Assembly (NCBI GenBank): GCA_963666515.2 | Contig: OY762897.2 | Location: 2,784,001-2,848,000, forward strand | Direction of reading: 5' to 3' | Origin: Candidatus Binatia bacterium | Lineage (GTDB): Bacteria > Desulfobacterota > Binatia > UBA9968 > JAJDTQ01 | DNA length: 64,000 bases | Part shown: in pieces, positions 8,079 to 17,800 of the stretch | Layout of the letters: the number at the start of each line of letters is the position of its first letter | How positions within the stretch are numbered: position 1 is the stretch's first letter | The notes under the pieces: generated by a model | Told to the model about the DNA's origin: nothing | Seen by the model: only the letters and a program-made list of their open reading frames with translations | Databases searched by the model: none | Made by a program: the position numbers and the translations under genes

Positions 8079-10198
8079 CGTCCTGCGTCAGCAGCACTCA
8101 TTGTCACAGGGAGTCTGAAAATAAACTTAACCCCTGTATTGTCAGGTAGGTTTTCGAGTTGACATGTGCCGCCATAGGCCATCACGATCTTTCTCGTAAG
8201 GAAAAGCCCCAAGCCCTGGTGTTCCTTGTCCCGTTCTCCCGCATTGCGGCGTAAGCTGTTTTCGCCGGCGCTATCATAGCTTGTACCGAGGTCGAAGACC
8301 TGAGCTAGCTTCTCGGTTTCAACCGTTTGTCCGCTATTGGACACCGTAAGAACCGCCTGCGGTGACCCGCTATCCTCGCCAACAACATCCAGCCGTACAA
8401 CTATTTTGCTATTTTTCGGATCTCGTCGCTCCCCGGCATTTGCAATAACTTTCTCCAAAGCTTGTCTGAAATAGTGGTCCGGGTTGTTTGGGAGACCTGT
8501 CGCGCCTAGAAACGGGCGACTGTCTCCCCCGTGACAGATACGGAAGTCAATGTTCTCCACCACATTCTCGTGTTCGTCGTTGTCCGAGAAGAACTCCACC
8601 ACCTCCGCGACGGAATCCGACAGGTCAAAGCTAGCTGGCCTGTGGTACTCGATTTCCTTGCGAACAACCTTATCGTAATTAAATGTCTCCCCCGACGTCC
8701 ACAAGCGTTGCATAACGTCTTCGACGCATTTTTCTATTTGACTGAGTCGCGTCCCATCACCTTCGGAGAGTCGACGAGCATCTGCAGGTATGCGACCCAG
8801 TGTACGCCTTGCTTCGTGTTGGAAGGTGTCGGCATACGAGTTAATATCCTTATTGGTCTGTTCGAGCCTCTCGTTGGTCCTCTCTAGGCTGTCGTTCACT
8901 TCTTGAAGACTCCTGCTGGCACGTCTTCGGCGTCGCTCCACATAGTAGACCAGGGAAGCCAGCAAAATAATTACGCCCATGACTACGACGGAGTCCTTGC
9001 CAAAGAGGATCGGAATCGGTTCTTCCACAACCACAGCAACAGGAACGTTTGTCCCGACCATCAAAATTTCTCTGTGTATCCGTAAGCGGTATACCCCTCC
9101 AACACCGAGAAAACACATACCCGGCCCCTCTTGACACTCGTCAATTCCAGCGAAATAGAACGCGGAGGAATAAAGAGGCGACAGCAGTAAAGCCCACGGG
9201 CTACTCACAACCGTAACTGTCCTGTTCTTTGGTTTTCTGGTCCTTGACAACACGTAGTTGCCGCGTCGGATCTCATAGTACCAAAAAAGATAACGCAGAT
9301 ACTTAACGATCGGATATGAGTCGATCTCGTCAAACAGCGGCAGCGGCCTGCCGGTTCCAATCCGGTTAGTGGCAGTCTCCGTTCCTATTGACACAACCAA
9401 CTCAACAGCGTCGGCCGGACACTTCTGGACGGCTAGCTCAAGAAACCAATCCTTTTCTGACTGGTCAAGTCTCCACCACCTTCCATTCACAACTGCGTCG
9501 CCACACACAGTGGCTTTCCGACGCTCACGGTCGGTATCTTCGTCGGCCCAGTAATCGGGGTTAAGTAGCTTAAAATCCCCATTGTCCTGAAACAAGAGGC
9601 GAAAGGTCTTCTCTTCCAACTGGTCATTGTGCACCGTCAACCTCATGACGACATGGTCACGAGGGTTCGGCGTCATCACTAAATGGCCCAGGATGTAAAG
9701 GGGGCCTGCATTGCGGTCATTGGCGAACCGCAATCTGAAATCAGGCCTGACATCAAATACGTCGCTTAGTGACGCACTATCGTAGAAACTCAGCGTGTTG
9801 GCCAAATAAGGCGTGACAGCTGTACCATATGACGGCTCCTCATATTTAAAGTTATCGTAGAGCCAGGATCCGGGATTCTCGTCATCATGACTAACTATTA
9901 ATTTCTTTTGCCCCACGGCATGGTCATGCATCTTCTTCCAATCCGCCACGGACATGTCGCCGACATCGATCCTGAAGGGCTTCGGATCGTAGACAAACAG
10001 AAAAGTCCGAACAACTCTGTGTTTGAGGGCGTTCGTATTCTCAACAAGCTTCTGCAGCGTGTTCGCTCTGTCTTCCACTCGTTGTCTTGTATTCGAAACG
10101 GAATTCGTCGTCGCCCAAAGAAACGTCATCATCGCGCTCGCGAAGAGCACCGCCGTAACCATGAACGGATTCCTCGTCACCGACTTTATCAACAACAC
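8033..10198 (-). CDS. Membrane sensor histidine kinase with a large extracytoplasmic domain
   Basis: Two TM segments; H-box FQHEARR, N-box KVIANA, SNSG, VFD, GLGLFL. Likely start is GTG 10198 after GGAGG; the upstream part of the track ORF is a shadow over the CPA2 gene. Confidence 0.85.
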   Translation of the reverse strand: MLLIKSVTRNPFMVTAVLFASAMMTFLWATTNSVSNTRQRVEDRANTLQKLVENTNALKHRVVRTFLFVYDPKPFRIDVGDMSVADWKKMHDHAVGQKKLIVSHDDENPGSWLYDNFKYEEPSYGTAVTPYLANTLSFYDSASLSDVFDVRPDFRLRFANDRNAGPLYILGHLVMTPNPRDHVVMRLTVHNDQLEEKTFRLLFQDNGDFKLLNPDYWADEDTDRERRKATVCGDAVVNGRWWRLDQSEKDWFLELAVQKCPADAVELVVSIGTETATNRIGTGRPLPLFDEIDSYPIVKYLRYLFWYYEIRRGNYVLSRTRKPKNRTVTVVSSPWALLLSPLYSSAFYFAGIDECQEGPGMCFLGVGGVYRLRIHREILMVGTNVPVAVVVEEPIPILFGKDSVVVMGVIILLASLVYYVERRRRRASRSLQEVNDSLERTNERLEQTNKDINSYADTFQHEARRTLGRIPADARRLSEGDGTRLSQIEKCVEDVMQRLWTSGETFNYDKVVRKEIEYHRPASFDLSDSVAEVVEFFSDNDEHENVVENIDFRICHGGDSRPFLGATGLPNNPDHYFRQALEKVIANAGERRDPKNSKIVVRLDVVGEDSGSPQAVLTVSNSGQTVETEKLAQVFDLGTSYDSAGENSLRRNAGERDKEHQGLGLFLTRKIVMAYGGTCQLENLPDNTGVKFIFRLPVTMSAADAGRHSSAASDNMSVTHL

Positions 10199-12222
10199 TC
10201 GGTCCTCCCTCTTTTCTGGTCTTCTTCCCCGTCCGGGGGCGGCGCCGTGAGGAGCTGCACGGCCCGGTCCAGGTCGGCGTGGCTGCCGAGCAGGACGAGG
10301 ATGTCGTTCGGCTGCAGCCGGTAGTCCATGGGCGGGCTCTCCACCGAGACGCCGTACCGGACCAGCGCCAGCACGCTGGTCCTTCCCTGGAAGTGATCCT
10401 TCAGGTCGCCGATGGTGTAGTGCGCCCCGGGCGCATCCTCCTGCACCAGGAACGTGTCCGCGGTGGCGCCGGTGAGGAACTGGTTGAAACGGGCCAGGCT
10501 CTTGCCTTCCAGCCTCAGCCCGCGCAACATGCTGTAGCCTTCCCGGCGCACCAGCTCCACCTGCATGGTGATGACGTTGCGCGGCACGTGGTACTCCTGC
10601 AGGACCCGCGCGAAGATCTCCACCGAAGTCTCGAACTCCTCCGGTATGACCTCGTTGGCGCCCAGGCGCGTCAACCGCGCGATCTCGGCCACGTATCGTG
10701 TCCGGACGATGATGTAGAGGTCGGGATTGAGCCTCCGGGCGTGCGCGACCACGCGCGACGTCGCCGCCGGGTCGCTGATGGCCGCCACCAGCACGCGCGC
10801 CCGCGCCACCCCCGCGGCGGCGAGAACCGCCGGACGGGTGGCGTCGCCGAACTCGACCGGCTCGCCTTCGTCCTCGACCTGCCGCGAAACATCCGGGTTC
10901 AGGTCCAGTATCCGGTGAGGGATGTCCACCTCCCGCAGCACCCGGGCCAGGTTCCGCCCGTTGACCCCGTAGCCCACGATGATGACGTGCCCGGTCATCT
11001 CGCCGGCGGACGGCCCTTCGGCCTTGCCGCCGCGGTCCAGCGCGAACCCCAGGCGCCCTCCGCCGAGGATCAGCAAGGGGGTCACCAGCATGCTGAGAAT
11101 GGCGGTTGCGAGGAAGAGCTGCTCCTGGTCCGGCGACAGGATCTCGAAAGCGCTGCCCATGCGCGCGAGGATGAGCGAGAACTCGCCCACCTGGGCCAGC
11201 GTCAGGCCCAGCAGCAGGCCGAGACGGAACGAACGCTGCAGAAACGAGAAGATGGCGGTGACCAGGCCTCCCTTGATGAGCACCAGCAACAGCCACGCCG
11301 CGCCGATCAGGGTAAATTGCTCGCCCACGAAGCCGACTTCCACCTGCATTCCCAGGGAGATGAAGAAGATGCCGGCAAAGCTGTCCCTCAGCGGGAGGAT
11401 GTCGGCGATCACCTGGTGGCTGTACTCCGAATCGGAGATCAGCAGACCGGCAACGAACGCCCCCAGGGCGAGCGAGATGCCGGACTGGAACGCCAGCCAA
11501 GCGGTGCCGAGACAGATGAGCAGCACGCAGAGGAGAAAGATCTCCTGATTCCGCAGGCGGGCCACCTGGTGGAGGAACCACGGCACGACGAAACGCGCCG
11601 CCACGAAGATCAGGGCCACCGCCAGCACCGCTTTTCCCAGCGTGAGCCCCACCACCTGGAGGGAGAACGCCTCGGTCTCCCCTAGCACCGGCACCGACAG
11701 CATCATGGGCACGGCGACGATGTCCTGGAGCAGCAGCGTGCCCACCGCGAGCCGGCCGTGAAGGGACGACAGTTCGTCGCGGTCGCTCAGGATCTTGAGC
11801 ACGATGGCGGTGCTGCTGAGGGACGCCAGCAGCCCGAAGAAGAAGCTGAGGCCGGGGGAAAACCCCAGGTAGAGGCCAATCGCGGTCACCACAAAGACGG
11901 TGAGGCCGACCTGCAGCAGGCCGCCGGTGATGATCAACCCCCTTACCGCCATGAACCGCTCGAAGGAGAATTCCAGGCCGATGGAGAAGAGCAGCAGCAC
12001 GATGCCGATCTCCGCGAGGATCTCCAGCTCGTGCCCGTGGCCGATGACGCTGAAGCCGTGCGGCCCCATGATGACGCCCACCGCAAGAAAGCCGATGACC
12101 GTGGGGAGCCGCAGCTTGTGGAAGGCGAAGACCGTGGCCACCGTGAGGGCCAGGACGGTCACGAGACTCGTGAGGACGTTGAGCATGCCGCGTTCCGAAA
12201 GGGAAACCGCGCGGTGTTTCAC
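10189..12222 (-). CDS. CPA2-family cation:proton antiporter (KefC/YbaL-like) with TrkA-N and TrkA-C domains
   Basis: LAEIGIVLLLFSIGLEFS, SLSSTAIV, LLLQD, QVGEFS and the KTN motif IIVGYGVNG. Alternative start ATG 12186. Confidence 0.92.
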   Translation of the reverse strand: MKHRAVSLSERGMLNVLTSLVTVLALTVATVFAFHKLRLPTVIGFLAVGVIMGPHGFSVIGHGHELEILAEIGIVLLLFSIGLEFSFERFMAVRGLIITGGLLQVGLTVFVVTAIGLYLGFSPGLSFFFGLLASLSSTAIVLKILSDRDELSSLHGRLAVGTLLLQDIVAVPMMLSVPVLGETEAFSLQVVGLTLGKAVLAVALIFVAARFVVPWFLHQVARLRNQEIFLLCVLLICLGTAWLAFQSGISLALGAFVAGLLISDSEYSHQVIADILPLRDSFAGIFFISLGMQVEVGFVGEQFTLIGAAWLLLVLIKGGLVTAIFSFLQRSFRLGLLLGLTLAQVGEFSLILARMGSAFEILSPDQEQLFLATAILSMLVTPLLILGGGRLGFALDRGGKAEGPSAGEMTGHVIIVGYGVNGRNLARVLREVDIPHRILDLNPDVSRQVEDEGEPVEFGDATRPAVLAAAGVARARVLVAAISDPAATSRVVAHARRLNPDLYIIVRTRYVAEIARLTRLGANEVIPEEFETSVEIFARVLQEYHVPRNVITMQVELVRREGYSMLRGLRLEGKSLARFNQFLTGATADTFLVQEDAPGAHYTIGDLKDHFQGRTSVLALVRYGVSVESPPMDYRLQPNDILVLLGSHADLDRAVQLLTAPPPDGEEDQKRGRTECC

Positions 12223-12297
12223 GCGTGGTTCAATGATGATAGACGATTAAGGACTCCATGAATACAGGAACGGGCGCATGCGGCAACCGAGGAGACG

Positions 12298-13047
12298 ATG
12301 AACGGAGAAAACACGGTCATGGGCATCGACATCGGCGGCACCGGGGTCAAGGCGGCGCTGGTGGACACCGGGGGCGGAAGGATGACGACGGAGCGCGTGC
12401 GGCTGCCCACGCCCCAGCCGGCGACGCCGGCGGCGGTCATGGAGGCCATCCAGTCGCTGCAGCGGCAACTGGAGTGGCAGGGACCGGTGGGCTGCGGCTT
12501 CCCGGGCCTGGTCAAGCGGGGCCGGGTCGAGTGCGCCCCGAACCTCGATTCATCCTGGATCGGCTATGACCTCGCCGGCCAGCTCCAGGCCCAACTGGGG
12601 GCGCCGCTGGTAGGCATCGGCAACGACGCCGATGCCGCGGGACTGGCGGAGTTCCGGTTCGGCGCCGGACGGGAGGTGGGCGGCACCGTGATGGTGGTCA
12701 CCCTGGGGACCGGCATCGGTTCTGCGATCTTCCGTGACGGCGTGCTCCTGCCCGACACCGAGCTGGGCCATCTCGAAATACGCGGCAAGTCGGCGCAGAA
12801 GCGGGCCGCGGCCAGCGTGCGCGCAAGCCGTCGCCTGAGCTGGAAGAAATGGGGGAAACGGCTCAACGACTACCTGGTCCACGCGGAGTACCTTCTCGGA
12901 GTCGACCTGTTCATCATCGGCGGAGGGGTCAGCAAGAAGCCCGAGAAGTTCTTCCCCTACCTTCAGGACGTCGGCTGCCGGGTGGAAGCCGCGCAGCTCG
13001 GGAACGCCGCCGGCATCATCGGCGCCGCCCTGTTCCCCGCCCGCTAG
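12298..13047 (+). CDS. ppgK: Polyphosphate glucokinase (ROK family)
   Basis: GIDIGGTGVKAA, RLPTPQPATP, NDADAAGLAE, TLGTGIGSA, TELGHL, IGGGVSK, NAAGIIGAA. Confidence 0.88.
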   Translation: MNGENTVMGIDIGGTGVKAALVDTGGGRMTTERVRLPTPQPATPAAVMEAIQSLQRQLEWQGPVGCGFPGLVKRGRVECAPNLDSSWIGYDLAGQLQAQLGAPLVGIGNDADAAGLAEFRFGAGREVGGTVMVVTLGTGIGSAIFRDGVLLPDTELGHLEIRGKSAQKRAAASVRASRRLSWKKWGKRLNDYLVHAEYLLGVDLFIIGGGVSKKPEKFFPYLQDVGCRVEAAQLGNAAGIIGAALFPAR

Positions 13048-14639
13048 CCGTCCTGCAAACGGCGCAGCCAGGGCAGCAGCAGCGTGTAGGGGGGATCGGT
13101 TTCCCGGAGGCTTTGACTGAACTGGGCAAACAGCTCCGGGACCTTTGCGCACGCCAGCTCCCGCTGGATCCGCATGCGCGACACCAGCACCTCGGCCGCG
13201 GGCAGCGCGCGGCCGTCCTCGGCCGCGGGCAGCGCGCGGCCGTCCCCGGCCGCGGACGCGGCCTGGGCGAAATCCCGGGTCCGCGCCTCGTGCACGGTGA
13301 GATCCTGGATCGTGCCCAACGCGTCCTGGAGCTTCTTCAGGCGTGGCACGACGCTCCTGGCCTCGGGCATCAGATCCCCGAGGACCTCCATGAGGTAGCG
13401 AAGCTGCTTGCACTCGATGCGGAGGGAATGGAAGGCATCGGGCGCCGCCCCGCCGCCGAGCCGATACCCCTCCTGCAGGACGGCCCGGCACTTCTTCGCC
13501 ACGCGCTCGCCGGCCAGCCGCAGGATGGGCTCGGAGCCTCGCCGGCCGGAGCCCAGCGCGCACCCGTCCTCGACGCATTCCCGCCATTGTTCCAGCGCTT
13601 CGCCATAGGCGCGTGAACCCATGACCTCCGCCAGCTCCCGGCAAGCCGCTTTCCGCTCGCCGGCAGCGAAATCGAACAGCGGGGCCAGGTCGTCCGCCAG
13701 CGCTCCCGTCAGCATGCCCCGGTAGTCCGCCTGCTGCAGCAGGTACACGTCCAGGTCTCTCAGGACGTTGGTGGATTTGCCCAGCCACGCCAAGCGCTTC
13801 CTGAGCTTGGCCGCGGGCTCCGGCGCAAACACGTCCCGGAGTTGTCCCAGGTAGGACCGGGCGCGCCGGACGGCCACCCGGAAGTCGTGCAGGAACTCCG
13901 TGTCCACGTCGTTGAGGACGCCCTCCTCGTTGACGCGCGCCACCCGGTACTGGGCGCCGAGCATGGCGCGGACCGCGCCGGCCGCGCCCATGGAGGCGGC
14001 AAGCTCCACCCTGGACACGGACGCCGCGCGCAGGGGATCCAGGTCCAGGGCCTCGACGGCCTCACGATAGCGGGAGCCGCCCTCGGGCCGGGCGCCCCGT
14101 TCCTCCCACCACCCGCACACCTGCCGGAAAACCTTGTTGTAGCCCCTTACCTGCCGGACCACCACGCGGGGGGCCAGCGGCGCCGTCCGTTTCCCGTCCG
14201 ACGCCTCGTCGTCCGCCAACGACACGCGCAGGACGGTCTTCCGGTCGCGGTTCCGGCAACTCCAGGTCCGAACCTCCGACCGCACGGTGAACAGCCTGAG
14301 CAACGCCCGGTCCCTGGTCAGCGTCACCAACTCGTCTCTCAACTCTCCCCGCGGCAGCCCGGCGGCGAAGACCGGAAGGCCGTCGAGACTCATGCGCCGC
14401 TCCTCGTCCGGCCGGTCGAGGCGCTCCAGATGGAGCGCCCCCTCACGACTCCACAGCGCCCGCGAGCGGGCGAAGAGCCGACCGTCGAAAGTGTCGAGAT
14501 AGACGGTCTCACGGCTTCGGCGCGGGTCTTCGCGAAGCCCGTGGAGGCGGATCAACCGGCCCAGCAGCAACCGTCCGGGCCGCCCCCGCGGAATGCCGAA
14601 CGTCAGCTCGGCATCCGCCGATGTGCGCACGGACTTCAT
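13044..14639 (-). CDS. CHAD-domain protein with N-terminal CYTH-like region (polyphosphate-binding)
   Basis: YLDTFDGRL; CHAD motifs EFLHDFRVAVRRAR, LRDLDV, HSLRIECKQLRY, LQDALGTIQD. Confidence 0.88.
   Translation of the reverse strand: MKSVRTSADAELTFGIPRGRPGRLLLGRLIRLHGLREDPRRSRETVYLDTFDGRLFARSRALWSREGALHLERLDRPDEERRMSLDGLPVFAAGLPRGELRDELVTLTRDRALLRLFTVRSEVRTWSCRNRDRKTVLRVSLADDEASDGKRTAPLAPRVVVRQVRGYNKVFRQVCGWWEERGARPEGGSRYREAVEALDLDPLRAASVSRVELAASMGAAGAVRAMLGAQYRVARVNEEGVLNDVDTEFLHDFRVAVRRARSYLGQLRDVFAPEPAAKLRKRLAWLGKSTNVLRDLDVYLLQQADYRGMLTGALADDLAPLFDFAAGERKAACRELAEVMGSRAYGEALEQWRECVEDGCALGSGRRGSEPILRLAGERVAKKCRAVLQEGYRLGGGAAPDAFHSLRIECKQLRYLMEVLGDLMPEARSVVPRLKKLQDALGTIQDLTVHEARTRDFAQAASAAGDGRALPAAEDGRALPAAEVLVSRMRIQRELACAKVPELFAQFSQSLRETDPPYTLLLPWLRRLQDG
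13190..13255. repeat. 27-bp in-frame tandem duplication in the CHAD gene (DGRALPAAE x2)
   Basis: CCTCGGCCGCGGGCAGCGCGCGGCCGT twice plus a partial third copy. Confidence 0.85.
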
Positions 14640-14672
14640 GGCATGGATGGAACCTTGAGGCGGGTTTCAAGC

Positions 14673-14699
14673 GGTTTTCGTGGTTTTCGTGGTTTTCGT
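14673..14699. repeat. 9-bp tandem repeat GGTTTTCGT x3 upstream of the CHAD gene
   Basis: Read directly from the sequence. Confidence 0.8.
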
Positions 14700-14813
14700 T
14701 CGGTCACGGATGATGAAGCCTCCGGAGTGACGGAGTAGCATGGTATCACCCGTTGAGAGTCCGGCGCCAGTGCTTTCGGAGGCGGAGAAGGACGCCAGGA
14801 TTCAGGCTGTTCG

Positions 14814-17800
14814 CTACAATGCGAAGCGGGCGTTCAGCACGACCTCGTATTCCGGCTCGCCCTCGTGCGGCAGGGTCTGCTCGCCCGACAGGCTCAGCTC
14901 GAACCCGTTGTCCGTGTCCAGAACCCCGCCCACGCGCACCCGGTGCGACCCGCCGTCCTCCATCCCGAACCCGGCCTGGAGCGTGAACACCCCGCGCCCC
15001 TCCAGCGCCGGCAGCCCGTAGCCCAACTCCGTGTCCAGCCGAGCACCCGTCCGGCTTCCGGCCAGGCTCCCGCCTTCCGCAGCTCCCTCGTCCCACAGGC
15101 TCTCCACACCGCTCTCCGGCTCTCCCCACGACGGCTGCACCCGCAACGACAGCCCCAGACGGTCCGACCCTGGATCCAGAACCACGGACCCGCTCGCTCC
15201 CCAAACCTCGTACCCATTCACTTCGTGCGCAACCATGCCGCGGCCCCGGGCCTCCACCGTCAGCCCCCGCGCCACGTCCTCGTAGCGAACCCGTGCGTTC
15301 ACCTCCAACCCGAACCCCGTCTCCGCGTCCCCCGCGTCGTGGCGAACTCCCGCCTCCAGCGACGGCGTCAGCACTCCTCCACTCCCCACGTTGAACCCCC
15401 GGCTCCCCTCCAGCAACAGCCGAAGGTGGCGCGTCTCCGTCCGGGTCTCCTGCAACCGCCCCGCTACCGCGTCCGAGTTCATCCACACGAACATCCCGTC
15501 CGCGCGCAACGCCAACTCCACTCCCCCAGGCGCAGGCGCCAGCGTCTGCCGTGCTCCCACCCCCGCCATGTTCATCCCCATGTCCGTCCGAACCGTCTCA
15601 TCCCCCTCCCCCGGAGCCACCGCGTACTCTCCCTGGCCGTGACCCACCAAACCCCACACCGACAGTCGCTCGTTCTGCCAGCGAACGTACGGGTGCGCGC
15701 TCGTCAGCGTGCTCCAGGTCTTGCCGCTCCTGCCGCTCTTGGCGTCGTCATACGTGCCCCGGCCGTCGTTGTACGCCAACGCCATCCCCGCAGTCCAAGG
15801 ACCCCACTCCGCGTCCACACCCAGCGTCATCCCCACCACCTCACCGTCCAGCGACACCGAACGCTCCCGTCCGTCGAAGCGCGTCGCCGCGCCGCTCCCC
15901 CAACTCGTCCACCGCAGGCCCGAACCCGAGCCTTCCTCCGACGCTCCCAGCCGCCAACGGAACGCGCTGCTCGCCAACAACTCCCGCGTCGTCATCTCCT
16001 TCGTACCCGTGCCGAACCCCACTGCGCCGAACCCTAACGCTCCGTCCCCCTGAGGCCCTGGCCAGCCCGCTCCCTTCCGTTCCGAACCGCCTCTTGCCAA
16101 GCCCTCCCATTCCCCGGCCTCCGAAAGCCCGAACGACCCCATCGGCCGCCTCCCCTCGCCCTCCTCAGGCTTCTCCGCCGTCACTCCCCCCACCGTCAGG
16201 TGTGAGCCCGTCGCATCCCCGTGCAGCCGGGCGTCAATCGCCCCCATCACGTGTTCCCCTACCGTCCGTCCGAACCGCGCCAGCCACGCCTTCGGCAACG
16301 GGTCGTCGTTCGTGATCGTCCCCGTCCCCGCAGGGTCCGTCAGCTTCGCGTTCACACCATCGCTCAGCCGCAGCTCCATCGTCTCCGAACCCTCGTCGAA
16401 CTCGTCGTCCAACGTCGCCACCTCGACCGTCTTCTCCGTCTCCCCAGCCGCGAACGTGAACGTGCCCGAAACCGCAGTGTAGTCCTGTCCTGCATGGGCC
16501 GTGCCGTCTCGCGTCGCGTACCGAAGGATCACGATGTTGTCCGGCACCGCCTGCGCCAGGCTCACCGTGAACACCAGCGGCGAGCCCTCCTCAACGCTCA
16601 CGTCCGTCACCCGCACCTCGACCCCTTCGCCCCGACGGTCGTCGTCCTCAACCGTGCCCGTCCCCTCCGAGCCGCTCACACCCGCCGGCGCGTCCGTCAC
16701 GCCCACCCTCAACGTGAACGTCTCGTCCCCTTCCACCAACCCGTCCTCTAAGCTCGACACCGCTATCTCCTGGCTCTCTCCCGCCGTCCCCGCAAACGTC
16801 AGCGCCGTCACGTTCTCCGTGTAATCCGTCCCTTCCAACGCCGTCCCGTCCGCGTAGCTCGGCGTCACCGTCAGACCCCCCACCACCGCGTTCTCCAGCG
16901 TCACCGTGAAAACCAACTCCTCCCCTTCCTCCGCACGCGCCTCCGAAACCCTCACCACCGTCTCCGTCCCGTCCTCGATCGTCCCCGTCCCCGCCGCCCC
17001 CGTCTGTAACCCCCCCGGCCCCTCCGTCAGGTCCATGCTCACCGTGAACTCCTCGTTGTACTCCACCACCGCGTCCTCAAGGCTCATCACCTCGAACGTA
17101 CGGCTCTCTCCCGCCACGCCCGAAAACTCCAGCGCCGGACGGTTCTCCGTGTAGTCCAACCCTTCCTCCGCACTCCCGTCCGTAAACACCGGCCGCACCG
17201 TGAAGCCCGACTGTACCGCATTGTCCAGCGTCACCGTGAAAACCAGCGCTTCTCCCTCCTTCGCGCTCGCGTCCGAAATCGTCAGAACCGCCTCGTCGTC
17301 GTCCTCGATCACTCCTGCCCCGCTCACAACCTGCACCCCCGCAGGAACCTCCGTCGTGTCCAGACCCACCGTGAAGTCCTCGTCGTACTCCACAACACCG
17401 TCCTCCAGGCTCGTGACCTCGAACGTATGGCTCTCTCCCGCCACGCCCGAAAACTCCAGCGCCGAACGGTTCTCCCGGTAGTCCGACCCTTCCTCCGCGC
17501 TTCCGTCCGTGAAAACCGGCCGCACCGTGAAGCCCGACTGGACCGCGTTGTCCAGCGTCACCGTGAATACCAGCCCTTCTCCCTCCTCCCCACGCGCATC
17601 CGATACCGTCAACACCGCCTCATCGTCGTCCTCGATCACTCCAACCCCAGCTCCTACACGCAACCCCCCCGGCGCCCCCGATATCGAAAGCCCTATGTTG
17701 AACCACTCCTCGGGCTCCACAACACCGTCCTCAAGGCTCGGAACCGTCACCGACCGGCTCTCTCCGGACGTCCCCGAAAACTCCAACGTCGGTCGGTTCC

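Noticed and set aside
10199-11581. N-terminal 460 aa of the 1182-aa track ORF
   Set aside because: Out-of-frame overlap with the CPA2 antiporter; the kinase has its own RBS and GTG at 10198.
14673-14699. GGTTTTCGT x3 as a phase-variation tract
   Set aside because: Only three units and no evidence of length variation; kept as a repeat feature only.
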